This document shows positions 8,825 through 17,398 of a DNA stretch of 61,672 bases, in pieces. The stretch spans positions 1 to 61,672 of the IMG/VR virus record IMGVR_UViG_3300025073_000054; one strand, 5' to 3'. The DNA is from a virus. Taxonomy: Duplodnaviria; Caudoviricetes. The notes under the pieces are model-generated. The model saw only the letters and a list, made by a program, of their open reading frames with translations, was not told where the DNA came from and did no database searches. Position 1 is the first letter of the stretch, and every line of letters begins with the position of its first letter. The translations under genes and the position numbers were made by a program.

Positions 8825-10240
8825 TCAGGTCAGGCCGGTGCCGCCGTGCGTGTGCGAGGCCCCGCGCAGGATCTTGTACGTACCCGCGTCGGTGGTCGGC
8901 GCGAGGCCGTAGACGGTGAGGACGGCGGGAGCGCCGGTGACGGCGGTGTTGCTCACGATGAGGCACGGGGCCTGGGTCGCGGTGATGAGCCACATCCCAG
9001 CGCACTCGTTGAGCGTCATCGTCTGGTTGTCCGTCGTGGTGACCACCTGCCCCGCGGTCGCGAAGCCGGTCCCGGCGAACGCCTCGGCGGTGGCGGTCGG
9101 AGCCGCGGCGGCGGTGGTGCCGCCGATGGCGCCGTAGGCCGGAGCCGCACCGACGCCGCCGCTCTTGAGCACCTGCCCCACGGCCACGTCGGGCAGCGGC
9201 GCCATGGTGGTCGCACTATCGGCCACGAGCAGATCGCCGGTGGCCTGCGTTGCGTGCGCGAGGTGCACGGGGTTGAGCTTGTCGGCCACGGTGCCGACGA
9301 GGACGTTCGACCCGACGGTCAGCGTGGAGCCGAGCAGCAGCGCGCCGCCGAACTTCACGAGCCCATCGGTCACCAGCAGCGCGTACGCGTTGGTGAACGT
9401 GGCGTTGGCGCCCGCGATGGGAGCGCCCTCGATGTTGACGGTGGCCGCGTGCGTGACGACGCTCGCGCCGACGAAGCCGTAGGTGGGCGCGGTGATGACC
9501 ACGCCCCGCTGAGCCGCGAGAGCGCCCGTGGCCCACTGCCGCGTCGCAGAGAGGTTGAGGTGGACGCTCGGTGCCTCGGTGCCCGCGGTGATGAGCAGGT
9601 CCGCGCCGGCGGTGACCGCGAGGGCCGCAGCGGGGGTGCCCGAAGCCGACGCGGTGGGGGCGACGATCGGGGCGGCGGTGAAGGTCTGCACCCCGCTGAC
9701 GGACTGCGCCGCCTCGAGGAGCGCCACGGTGCCCGACGCGATGGCCGGGAGCGTGTGCTGCTGCGCGGCGGTGGGTCCGACCGTCCCGGCGATCACCGCA
9801 CCGTCGAAGCGGGAGGCGCCGTCGTCCACCCACAGCGCGTAGCTGTTGGTGATGGTGGCGTTGGTGCCCGCGGTCGGCGCCGCGTCGATGTAGAACGTCG
9901 CGGCGTTGGTGATGGTGGACGCACCCGCGAAGGCGTAGGTGGGCGCGGCGACCTTGAACGCCCGCTGCGACGTGATGGCGCCGGTGGCCCAGGTCCGCGT
10001 GGCGCTGAGGTTGAGGTACACCGAGGGCGACTCAACCGTCGTGGTGATGGCGAGGTCGGCGGCGGCGGTCACGGTCAGCGGGACCGTGGGCGTACCCGAC
10101 GCGGACACGGCAGGTGCGATGGCTTGCGAGCCCTCATCGACGGTGGCGCCGGTGAAGGTCACGGTGCCCGTAAACGTGTTGGCTCCAGTGAAGGTGTTGT
10201 TGTCGTCGAGGCCTGCGGCGGTCACGAATGAGCTGGGCAT
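8825..10240 (-). CDS. Tail fibre protein with internal ~100-aa duplication
   Basis: NTFTG repeats, A/T/G-rich; LNLSATRxWATGA...APTY occurs twice. Confidence 0.75.
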   Translation of the reverse strand: MPSSFVTAAGLDDNNTFTGANTFTGTVTFTGATVDEGSQAIAPAVSASGTPTVPLTVTAAADLAITTTVESPSVYLNLSATRTWATGAITSQRAFKVAAPTYAFAGASTITNAATFYIDAAPTAGTNATITNSYALWVDDGASRFDGAVIAGTVGPTAAQQHTLPAIASGTVALLEAAQSVSGVQTFTAAPIVAPTASASGTPAAALAVTAGADLLITAGTEAPSVHLNLSATRQWATGALAAQRGVVITAPTYGFVGASVVTHAATVNIEGAPIAGANATFTNAYALLVTDGLVKFGGALLLGSTLTVGSNVLVGTVADKLNPVHLAHATQATGDLLVADSATTMAPLPDVAVGQVLKSGGVGAAPAYGAIGGTTAAAAPTATAEAFAGTGFATAGQVVTTTDNQTMTLNECAGMWLITATQAPCLIVSNTAVTGAPAVLTVYGLAPTTDAGTYKILRGASHTHGGTGLT

Positions 10241-10310
10241 GGCAGTGCTTTCTTGCGAGCCGTGCGGCGTCGCGATGGGGTGCGGTGGAGGCGGTGGAGG
10301 CGGTGGAGGG

Positions 10311-10853
10311 CTACGGGCGCTTGCCGGTCTTGGCGGTGGCGTGCACGGTCAGCGTGGGGCGGCGGATCGCGACGCCCGTGTCGTTGTAGAGGTAGAGCGA
10401 GCCGGTCGTCGGGTCGGCGTAGAGCCAGACGTTCGTGATGACCTGGATGGCCCATGACGTCGTGGATGCGGGGACGGGCGGCACGCCTGCGGAGACGGCA
10501 ACCGACGCCGCTCCGAGCGCGCCGGTCCCGGTGTACCCGCGGCGCATCACGAGGTCGTAGTCGAGGAGGTAGTCGTTGACGCCACCCGGCTCCTGATCCG
10601 AGCCCGACGGTACGCTCCACGCGACCGTCAGCATCCGGTCGCGGTAGTCCGTCGCACCGTCGATCTTCACCAGCGTGCCCGTGGCAAAGTCCGCGGTGTC
10701 GTACATCCATTCGACGATGACGACGCCGTCCCCGAGCGTGGTGTGCGTGTTGTTGGAGTTGGCGGTCACCAGCCCCGCGGCGCGCGTCTGAATGTCGTTC
10801 AGCTCCGCCGCGAGGATCTGTTGGTTGGCGACGTAGGTCTGGACAGCTTGCAT
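10311..10853 (-). CDS. Tail fibre-associated protein
   Basis: MQAVQTYVANQQILAAELNDIQ fibre-anchor-like N-terminus; follows baseplate gene. Confidence 0.6.
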   Translation of the reverse strand: MQAVQTYVANQQILAAELNDIQTRAAGLVTANSNNTHTTLGDGVVIVEWMYDTADFATGTLVKIDGATDYRDRMLTVAWSVPSGSDQEPGGVNDYLLDYDLVMRRGYTGTGALGAASVAVSAGVPPVPASTTSWAIQVITNVWLYADPTTGSLYLYNDTGVAIRRPTLTVHATAKTGKRP

Positions 10854-11455
10854 CAGAGCACCGTGTTGTTCGTGAGGGAGGCGGCGTCGTTGCAGTAGAA
10901 GCCGACCATCTGCTTCGACGTGAACACCGCCTTGGTGTGCGCGGGCTTCATCACATCGACCACGCTGGCGAGGGGCGCGATGGTGGGCGCGTCGTTGGGG
11001 TCGCGCGCGGTGTAGATCGTGAACGCGAACACCCTTGGCGGGTTGGCGTGCGAGTCGATGGCAGCCGTCTCGCGCATCGTCGGCGCGACGTCGTTGTTGA
11101 GCGGCGTGAGGGCGCTGATGATCGCATCGGGCGACCCGGAGAAGCGCGTGCGCCATCGGGCGAGAAGCGCGGCGCGGCGCTCTGTCGTCGTGAGACGGCC
11201 CGAGCTCACATGGAGCCCGAGCATCGTCTCCCATCCATCCAACAGGGCGGTGGCGTCGCGAGGAAACGCCTCCGCGAGCGAGTTGACGTTGGTGTCGCGG
11301 GAGTCGCTCAGCGCGGTCGCGAGCGCCACGGCGTCGGCCGCGTTGGTGCTGAGATCCGCCGCCGGGTACGCAGGCCCCATTAGGCGCAGGTGCATCCGTG
11401 CGATGTCCCCGATGGCGCCTTCCTTCGTGGGCAGAGGCTGGATGACGTTCGCCAT
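10853..11455 (-). CDS. Baseplate wedge protein (Mu gp48/DUF2313-like)
   Basis: EAFP..A..LLDGWETMLGL...ERRAAL...KPAHT motifs. Confidence 0.85.
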   Translation of the reverse strand: MANVIQPLPTKEGAIGDIARMHLRLMGPAYPAADLSTNAADAVALATALSDSRDTNVNSLAEAFPRDATALLDGWETMLGLHVSSGRLTTTERRAALLARWRTRFSGSPDAIISALTPLNNDVAPTMRETAAIDSHANPPRVFAFTIYTARDPNDAPTIAPLASVVDVMKPAHTKAVFTSKQMVGFYCNDAASLTNNTVL

Positions 11456-11500
11456 GAGGTGTCAGGCCGCGCGGAGGGCGCAGGAATGCCGTTGCTAGAG

Positions 11501-11533
11501 AGGGTGGATGTCCGAATGGTGGGAGCGCAAGAG
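11501..11533 (-). promoter_or_regulatory. Putative late promoter, copy 2
   Basis: CTC-TTGCGC, 18 bp containing ACCATTCGGACAT, CACCCT; same element at 33245-33257. Confidence 0.65.
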
Positions 11534-11539
11534 GGCGAC

Positions 11540-11566
11540 GACTGACCCCGGAACCCGGGGCCAGTC
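11540..11566 (-). terminator. Hairpin after the antirepressor-like gene
   Basis: GACTG-A-CCCCGG-AAC-CCGGGG-C-CAGTC. Confidence 0.45.
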
Positions 11567-11580
11567 CCGCGGCGGTCGGG

Positions 11581-12459
11581 TCAGTTGGTCGAGGGGGCGA
11601 GGGCGAAGCGCCCCTGGTTCGCGCGGAGGTTGGCGGCGTGCACGTCGATCGCGCCGTCGAGCCACATCGCAAGCTGACGCTGCGCCACATCGAGGAGCCG
11701 ACGCGGGAGCATCGACCACGCGGACCCCGGGCCGTGGTGCCCGAGGATGGAGCGGAGCTTGTTCTCGGCGCGGCGACGCTCGGAGCGTAGGGCGCGCTTC
11801 GTCTGCGCCCGCAGGGCGGCGACGCGGCGGAGGGGCGTCACGATCTCCGTCATGGCGACCACCGGGCCGACAACGCCCGTGGAGACGTCGGCGCGCAGGG
11901 CGGCGACCTCGGCGCTCATGGCGGCGACCTGCGCCACGAGCTGCGGCACGACCGCGAGCGAAGCAGCGATGGCGCGGGCCATCTCCGGGTCGAGCCCCAC
12001 CGGGGCGGGGGCGGACGGGCGCTGGCGGTCGATCACCGCGTCGAACACCCGCACCATGAGCTCGGTCAGCTCCCACGCGCGGGGCGTGTCGGACTGCGTT
12101 GCGACGAGAAGGGTCTGCTCGCGGGTGAGCCAGAACTCGTTGACGATGATCTCGCGCGTGCCGCCCGTCGGGGTTTGCGAGCGCCCCACCGTGGGGCGCA
12201 CGTCGAGAGCGCGGAGCTTGCCCTCCTTGACCATGCGCTTGATGAGCTCGCGCACCTTGCGAGGGCGCTCGAAGCCCAGCCACGCGGCGAGGTCGAGGTC
12301 ACGCACGCGCGGCTTGTGGTCGCTGCCCTCGGCGGACAGCGGGAGGTTGATGCCACCGGGGAGGTGGGCGATCCATCGGCCGGGGGCCACCGGCTCGACG
12401 TCGAGCGGGACCTCCTTGCCTTCGGGCTGCTGATCGTGGTTCTGATCGTGAGTCGTCAT
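11581..12459 (-). CDS. Phage antirepressor-like DNA-binding protein
   Basis: PRVRDLDLAAWLGFERPRKVRELI...EFWLTREQ.L......SDTPRA...MVRVF N-terminal domain plus coiled coil. Confidence 0.75.
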   Translation of the reverse strand: MTTHDQNHDQQPEGKEVPLDVEPVAPGRWIAHLPGGINLPLSAEGSDHKPRVRDLDLAAWLGFERPRKVRELIKRMVKEGKLRALDVRPTVGRSQTPTGGTREIIVNEFWLTREQTLLVATQSDTPRAWELTELMVRVFDAVIDRQRPSAPAPVGLDPEMARAIAASLAVVPQLVAQVAAMSAEVAALRADVSTGVVGPVVAMTEIVTPLRRVAALRAQTKRALRSERRRAENKLRSILGHHGPGSAWSMLPRRLLDVAQRQLAMWLDGAIDVHAANLRANQGRFALAPSTN

Positions 12460-12590
12460 GGGAGGGTCGTCCTGTGATGGCTGGCCCGTGCGACGTGTGA
12501 GCGTCGGCGGGCCGTTCTATGTGGGCCACGCGGCAACGGCCGCGCTTCGGTACGTCGCTCGACGGAATGCCGTGCGGGGTAGGTCTTGAG

Positions 12591-12926
12591 TCACGCCCGA
12601 GCGTGGGCGCGGATCACCGGCAGCAGGTCCACCGCGAGGGCGGCGACGTTGCGGGGGTCGCGCGACCACTCATCGAGCTCGCGCACGTCGCGGGTCTGCT
12701 CCGTCCGCCGGGGCGTCGCGAAGCGGAGCGCCGCGACGAGGGCGCGGTGAAACTTCGGGTCGGCGGCGCTGCGGGGCGCCATCGAGAGCGCGAGGCCGCA
12801 GACCGTGCGCCAGTGCTTGGGCATCGGAGCGGGGGCGCCCTTCTGCCACTGGCGGTCGATCTTGTGGACGAAGCGAGCGGTGCGCCGGTCGGCCGCAGTG
12901 GCCGTGGTCTTCGTGGTGGTCATCAC
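12591..12926 (-). CDS. Hypothetical protein
   Basis: Coupled to 12923-13126. Confidence 0.5.
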   Translation of the reverse strand: MMTTTKTTATAADRRTARFVHKIDRQWQKGAPAPMPKHWRTVCGLALSMAPRSAADPKFHRALVAALRFATPRRTEQTRDVRELDEWSRDPRNVAALAVDLLPVIRAHARA

Positions 12927-13126
12927 GCCACCGCCCGCAGGCTGGAGACGCCACAGGACACCGGGCCGGGGCGGTCGCTGTCGACCGAAGCGAGAAAGGC
13001 CGCGCGCTCGTCGTCGAGGGCAGCGTTGAAGACGGGGCAGGCCGCGAGCTCGGCCCAGCGGGCGCGCTCCTGGTGGGCGTCGAAGCTGAGGCGGCCGATG
13101 GTGAGGCAGGCGATGGTGGTGAGCAT
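12923..13126 (-). CDS. Hypothetical protein
   Basis: GGAGG RBS; downstream of the promoter at 13164-13192. Confidence 0.55.
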   Translation of the reverse strand: MLTTIACLTIGRLSFDAHQERARWAELAACPVFNAALDDERAAFLASVDSDRPGPVSCGVSSLRAVA

Positions 13127-13163
13127 GGTTCCCTCCGTCGGGGCTCCATGCCCCGGTGAAGAG

Positions 13164-13248
13164 AGCCTAGGTCAGTGTCTAGACACGGTCAAGACATCGC
13201 TTGTCGTTTCTTGCTCGCCTTGCGTAGTAGCTAGCTCATGGCTAGGCT
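13164..13248. promoter_or_regulatory. Divergent promoter pair with palindromic operator
   Basis: Minus: TTGACC-17-TAGGCT with GTGTCTAGACAC (13175-13186) in the spacer; plus: TTGCGT-17-TAGGCT (13220-13248). Confidence 0.75.
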
Positions 13249-13256
13249 CCGCCGTC

Positions 13257-13478
13257 ATGCCCGCGAAGAAGCCTGCTACGAAGTCCGCCAAGCCCGCCCG
13301 TGACCGAAGCGGAGCCCTGTACGTCTTGCTGGAGCCGGAGCAACTCGCGTCGCTCGACGGGTGGGCAGAGCGCCTCAACGAGGGCAACACGGGGCCGCAG
13401 TGGAACCGCACGGCGGTCGTGCGCGCCATCGTGGCGCGGGCGCTGACCGAGCGCGGCGCGAAGGGCGAAGCCCCGTAG
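13257..13478 (+). CDS. Ribbon-helix-helix regulator
   Basis: ALYVLLEPEQLASLD...NRTAVVRAIVARAL; likely leaderless. Confidence 0.75.
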   Translation: MPAKKPATKSAKPARDRSGALYVLLEPEQLASLDGWAERLNEGNTGPQWNRTAVVRAIVARALTERGAKGEAP

Positions 13479-13519
13479 CCGTTGACCGCCCCTCCCCCGG
13501 CGGGCGTAGCGTTGTGGGG

Positions 13520-14089
13520 ATGTTGATGCCCTACGACCCGCCGCCGGAGCCACAGCCGCCAGCCCCGCCCGCCGCGATGGGCGGCGCCGCGCCAAGCGGT
13601 AGACGCGTCGCGTTCCGGGTGTTCCTTGGCGTGGCACTGCTGTTCGCCGGGTGGTGCTTCCTAGGAACGCTCCTCACGTCCACAAGGCCCGACCCGGCCA
13701 CGACGACGCTCAGGCCGCTGGAGCACGTCGTCGCCTACAAGTCGCGGATCGGATTCCAGGTGTGCAGCCGCACGCCGCTCCGGCGATGCATCCTGGACTT
13801 CGTCTCGGATGCGAGCGGGACAGCGCGCACTGTCCGCATCGGCCCGATCGACGTGGATCCAGTCCCGAGCTGCGAAACCATCATGGACGATGCCAACGCG
13901 GCGTGCGCGGATGGCGGATTCGGACCCGGGATGCGCTGGGCTCGATGCGCGGCCCTGCACGGCTTCATCAGTCGAACGCTCGCGAGAACTCTCGATCCCC
14001 GCGACGATCCGCACGCTCACCCGCCGGGTGGGTTCATCCTGAACTGCGAAGAGGGCTATTTGAATGGCAGTTTTGACGACACGATGTAG
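13520..14089 (+). CDS. Single-pass membrane protein with Cys-containing exported domain (moron)
   Basis: Pro-rich N-terminus, TM VFLGVALLFAGWCFLGTLL; antisense to the tail operon. Confidence 0.6.
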   Translation: MLMPYDPPPEPQPPAPPAAMGGAAPSGRRVAFRVFLGVALLFAGWCFLGTLLTSTRPDPATTTLRPLEHVVAYKSRIGFQVCSRTPLRRCILDFVSDASGTARTVRIGPIDVDPVPSCETIMDDANAACADGGFGPGMRWARCAALHGFISRTLARTLDPRDDPHAHPPGGFILNCEEGYLNGSFDDTM

Positions 14090-14633
14090 CTCGCTCGCTC
14101 TGTTCGCTCTCGCCCTCGGTTGCTCCGCGGAGCCTGTACTCCTGCCCGACGCTGGCCCTTGTGGCGGGGCCTGCGGGGTCGGGACGTCGTGCGTGGCAGG
14201 AGCGTGCGTCGTGGACGACGCGGGCGCTCCCGACGCCGGAAGAACGGACAGCGGAGCAGTGGTCGATGCAGGCGAAGATAGGCCCACGGTGGACGCGGGC
14301 GAGCTCGACGCGGTGACGGTGGACGCTGGCGGGATGGATGTGGTCGACGGCGGGACCGACGCGCCCGACGTGGTCGATGTTCAGTGGCCCGCGCTCCCCG
14401 ATGGCTCCTACGCCTGGGACGTGGCGGCGTGTGAGCGGTGCAGGGTGGCGCATGGGGAATGCACCTGCACCAACGGCCGGGCGGTCTACACCTGCCTCGC
14501 GGAATACGCGGAGTGCGATGGTATGTTCGCCAACGGCTGCGAGGCGCACCTCACCGAAGACAGGGCGAACTGCGGGCGCTGCGGCAACGCCTGCGTCAGC
14601 GTTTTGGTGTGCAGGAACGGCCGCTGCCAGTGA
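14064..14633 (+). CDS. Myxobacterial-type Cys-rich lipoprotein (moron)
   Basis: Lipobox LALGC, repeated DAG, CDG..ANGCE..L..D..NCG.CGNAC module. Confidence 0.75.
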   Translation: MAVLTTRCSSLALFALALGCSAEPVLLPDAGPCGGACGVGTSCVAGACVVDDAGAPDAGRTDSGAVVDAGEDRPTVDAGELDAVTVDAGGMDVVDGGTDAPDVVDVQWPALPDGSYAWDVAACERCRVAHGECTCTNGRAVYTCLAEYAECDGMFANGCEAHLTEDRANCGRCGNACVSVLVCRNGRCQ

Positions 14634-16160
14634 CTACGGCGTCACCAGCAACGTCCCTAGAATGACGACGGTCTTGGCCGCAGGCGTCACGTCGGTGCCC
14701 GGGGTCGTCACCGTGCAGGAGAGAACGCCGGTCGCCACCGCAGGCGACTGCGCCCCGTTGATGACGTCGGCCGCGAGCCCGGTGCGGTAGAGCGTCGCAC
14801 GCGCTTCGACGTCTTCGGCGGGCCACCGCGAGGCGGGGGTGGTGTCCCCCGGCCCGAGAGCGTCGAAGTGCGTGAAGACGTCGTCGCGGATCGTCCCCCA
14901 GTTGGGCGGGCACGGGTAGATCGAGCCCGTCGGGAACCCCACCTCCTGCCCCGTGGCCTGCGTAAACGTGGTGTCGCCCGCCGCGAAGTTCGGCGTCCCG
15001 AGCGTCACGGCGCGGTAGCCGCCGCGCTCTGTGGGCGTTGCAGGCAAAACGAGCGCGCGCAGCCCTTCGAGGGCGGTGTAGTCGCCGGTCACCTTGATGG
15101 TGGTGTCGGTGCTGAGGATGATCGCGATGCCGCCCACCCACGGGAACGCGTTGGCTGCGGTCATGGCGCAAGAGAGCACCACGTTCTGCGTCACCTCGCT
15201 GATCGCCTCGACGGCCGCATTGGCCGCGACCATCGTCACCGGCCGGAGCATCGTGCCGTCGTCGGTTGCGACGCCTGCGACGGTACGGTCACCCTCGATG
15301 TAGTCGCGAATGCGAGTGAGCGCCGCGCCGGCCGTATGCGTGCCGCCGTCGTCGACAGGCACCACCCGCAGGTGCGTGAGGACGTCCCCCTGCGCGGGGC
15401 CGACCGCCACGACGGTCACGCATCCCGGCGTGTCGGGGGTGCCTGCGCCCGGGTACGACGCGGGAGGCGCGAGGAGCGGGTAGACGTAGGCTCTCGTGAT
15501 GGTGGTGCCGGTGTAGTCCTCAACCCATCCTTGCCAGTCGGCGCGGTTGCCCGACGCGGGGCGCTCCTGGCGTCGGGCGATGATGCGCGCGGCCCACGAG
15601 GAGATGTCTTCTAGGTCCGTCCCGGGGGTCGCGACCGACGCCACAGTGCCGGTGCTGTTGAGCCCGGTGGGTGCGGAGACGAAGGTCAGTGTGTTGCCGA
15701 CGGTGCGGGTCGGGTCGGCGCCGATGTCCGCCGCGGTGACGGTGATGGTGCCGGTGCCCGCCGCGATCGTGACGCTGCTGTCCTCGACGGTGTACAGCGT
15801 GCCGTCGCTGTAGGCCATGCGGTACGTGACGCCCGTGGGGAACGTGTACGTCGCATCGACGCCGCTCGACACGGTGACGGTGTGCCGCGCCCTCAGCCCA
15901 GAGCGCCGAGGCACGCCGTCCACCTCGCCGTGACGCGCGAGCGCTTCGGGCGATGCCTGGTCAGGGAGGATGTCCCGCGACACGCTCTCGGCCTGCGCTT
16001 CGAGTCCTTCGAGGATCACCGCGAGCGCCGCCGCCTGGAGGTAGGCATCGGAGCCCGGGGCGATGAGCAGCGGGCGCTGGCCCGCGGAGATGTACTCCGC
16101 GCTCCACGTCGCGAGAATGCTGTCCCTGATGGTGGCGCGCGATCGTCCGGTGAAAGCCAT
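14634..16160 (-). CDS. Baseplate J-like protein (Mu gp47)
   Basis: ILPDQA...L.RHG...G..R; GTDLE...RII...PASGN.AD...W motifs. Confidence 0.9.
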   Translation of the reverse strand: MAFTGRSRATIRDSILATWSAEYISAGQRPLLIAPGSDAYLQAAALAVILEGLEAQAESVSRDILPDQASPEALARHGEVDGVPRRSGLRARHTVTVSSGVDATYTFPTGVTYRMAYSDGTLYTVEDSSVTIAAGTGTITVTAADIGADPTRTVGNTLTFVSAPTGLNSTGTVASVATPGTDLEDISSWAARIIARRQERPASGNRADWQGWVEDYTGTTITRAYVYPLLAPPASYPGAGTPDTPGCVTVVAVGPAQGDVLTHLRVVPVDDGGTHTAGAALTRIRDYIEGDRTVAGVATDDGTMLRPVTMVAANAAVEAISEVTQNVVLSCAMTAANAFPWVGGIAIILSTDTTIKVTGDYTALEGLRALVLPATPTERGGYRAVTLGTPNFAAGDTTFTQATGQEVGFPTGSIYPCPPNWGTIRDDVFTHFDALGPGDTTPASRWPAEDVEARATLYRTGLAADVINGAQSPAVATGVLSCTVTTPGTDVTPAAKTVVILGTLLVTP

Positions 16161-16171
16161 GGGGCGTCCTG

Positions 16172-16555
16172 TCAGGCGCTGCGGGTGAGCGCGCCGGTGG
16201 TCTGTCGAGCAGCGAGGCGGACGTCGTAGAAGTCGACGGTGTAGGTGACGTGCCCGCGGGCAGCGGACACCTTCGCGCTCACCTTGAGGTCGCGAATGGT
16301 CCCGGCCCTCACGAGGAAGTCGAGGCCCGCCTTGATGGCGGTCTCCGTGTCGGCGGGCGCCGAGGTGCGGAGCTTGTCGATGCGCTGCCAATCGACGCCC
16401 AGCTCCGGCATCGCGGGCGCGCTCCCGATCTGTGTGCGGAGGGCGATGAGCACCTGCTCGAGCGCCGGGGAGGTGGCCTTGGTCCACGTCGCCCGCGCGT
16501 CGAGCGTCGGCGCGCCGTCGACCCCGAGAGCGCGGGTGATGGCATACGCGGTCAC
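16172..16555 (-). CDS. Baseplate wedge protein (gp46/gpW-like)
   Basis: QVLIALRTQIGS....PELGVDW motif; position. Confidence 0.75.
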   Translation of the reverse strand: MTAYAITRALGVDGAPTLDARATWTKATSPALEQVLIALRTQIGSAPAMPELGVDWQRIDKLRTSAPADTETAIKAGLDFLVRAGTIRDLKVSAKVSAARGHVTYTVDFYDVRLAARQTTGALTRSA

Positions 16556-16818
16556 GTCACACCGCCGGGGATGGCGACGGGCGCCGCGGGGATGCCCACG
16601 CCGAAGGCGTCGATGGGGGCGGTGGCGGTCACGCTGGCGTTCGTCTGGATCTCGGCCACGACGCCCGAGGCGATGCCGTAGCAGAGCGCCTTGATGGCGT
16701 TCTCCTGATCGGTCGTCAGTGAGGCGGAGAAGCCGGTGTTGGTGCCGCCGATGATGGCGTTGTAGATGCGAAGCGCGAGACCACTTGTGCAGCCCGCGTC
16801 GCCTGCGTTGAGCGCCAT
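16552..16818 (-). CDS. Hypothetical baseplate-region protein
   Basis: Coupled ORF; AxGVVAEIQTNA motif. Confidence 0.6.
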   Translation of the reverse strand: MALNAGDAGCTSGLALRIYNAIIGGTNTGFSASLTTDQENAIKALCYGIASGVVAEIQTNASVTATAPIDAFGVGIPAAPVAIPGGVT

Positions 16819-16822
16819 GGTG

Positions 16823-17395
16823 TCAGCCCTTGAAGCGCGCGGAGCCCGCGGCGGTGGAGATGGTGTCCGTGGCGGAGGTGATGGTCCCGGTCACCGGGTA
16901 AGGCCCTGCCGTCAGCGCGAAGGCGTGCGTGTGCCCGGTGGTGACGTCGCCCACCACGGCGACCTTCTTCGTCCCGGCGTTGACCACGACGTCGCCGGTC
17001 CCGTGCGCGGTGATGTTGATCGCCCCGTTGTTGGCGCTGGTGATGTCGATGGCCCCCGACGCGCGGATGTGCACCACGGTCCCGGCGTTCGTCGCGTTGA
17101 CGCCGTGAAGCTTCGTCTCCCCCGCGGCGAGCGGCTGCACCGTGGCGCCCTTGTCGATCAGGAAGAGCGCGATGAGCTCATCCCCTCGACGCACCGCGAG
17201 CGCCTCGGTCGTGGCCGTGAGGGCGGGCGACGCCATGAGCCCCGCGGGCTGCGCTACCTCGACGCCGTCGAAGCGCTCCGCCGTGGCGTCGGCGCCCTCG
17301 CTCCCGACGCCGGCCACCTGCGCGGTGAGGACGCGGCGCGTGGTCGATGTGGTGAGCGAGAGCACCTTGAAGGCGTCGATGGGATCTTCGTCCAC
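16823..17395 (-). CDS. Baseplate spike (Mu gp45/gpV-like)
   Basis: QPAGLMASP, GETKLH, C-terminal HTH metal-binding apex motif. Confidence 0.85.
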   Translation of the reverse strand: MDEDPIDAFKVLSLTTSTTRRVLTAQVAGVGSEGADATAERFDGVEVAQPAGLMASPALTATTEALAVRRGDELIALFLIDKGATVQPLAAGETKLHGVNATNAGTVVHIRASGAIDITSANNGAINITAHGTGDVVVNAGTKKVAVVGDVTTGHTHAFALTAGPYPVTGTITSATDTISTAAGSARFKG

Positions 17396-17398
17396 GGG

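Noticed and set aside
7276-10240. Diversity-generating retroelement or invertible tail-fibre cassette
   Set aside because: No reverse transcriptase or serine invertase; the fibre repeats are diverged in-frame modules, not adenine-specific TR/VR pairs.
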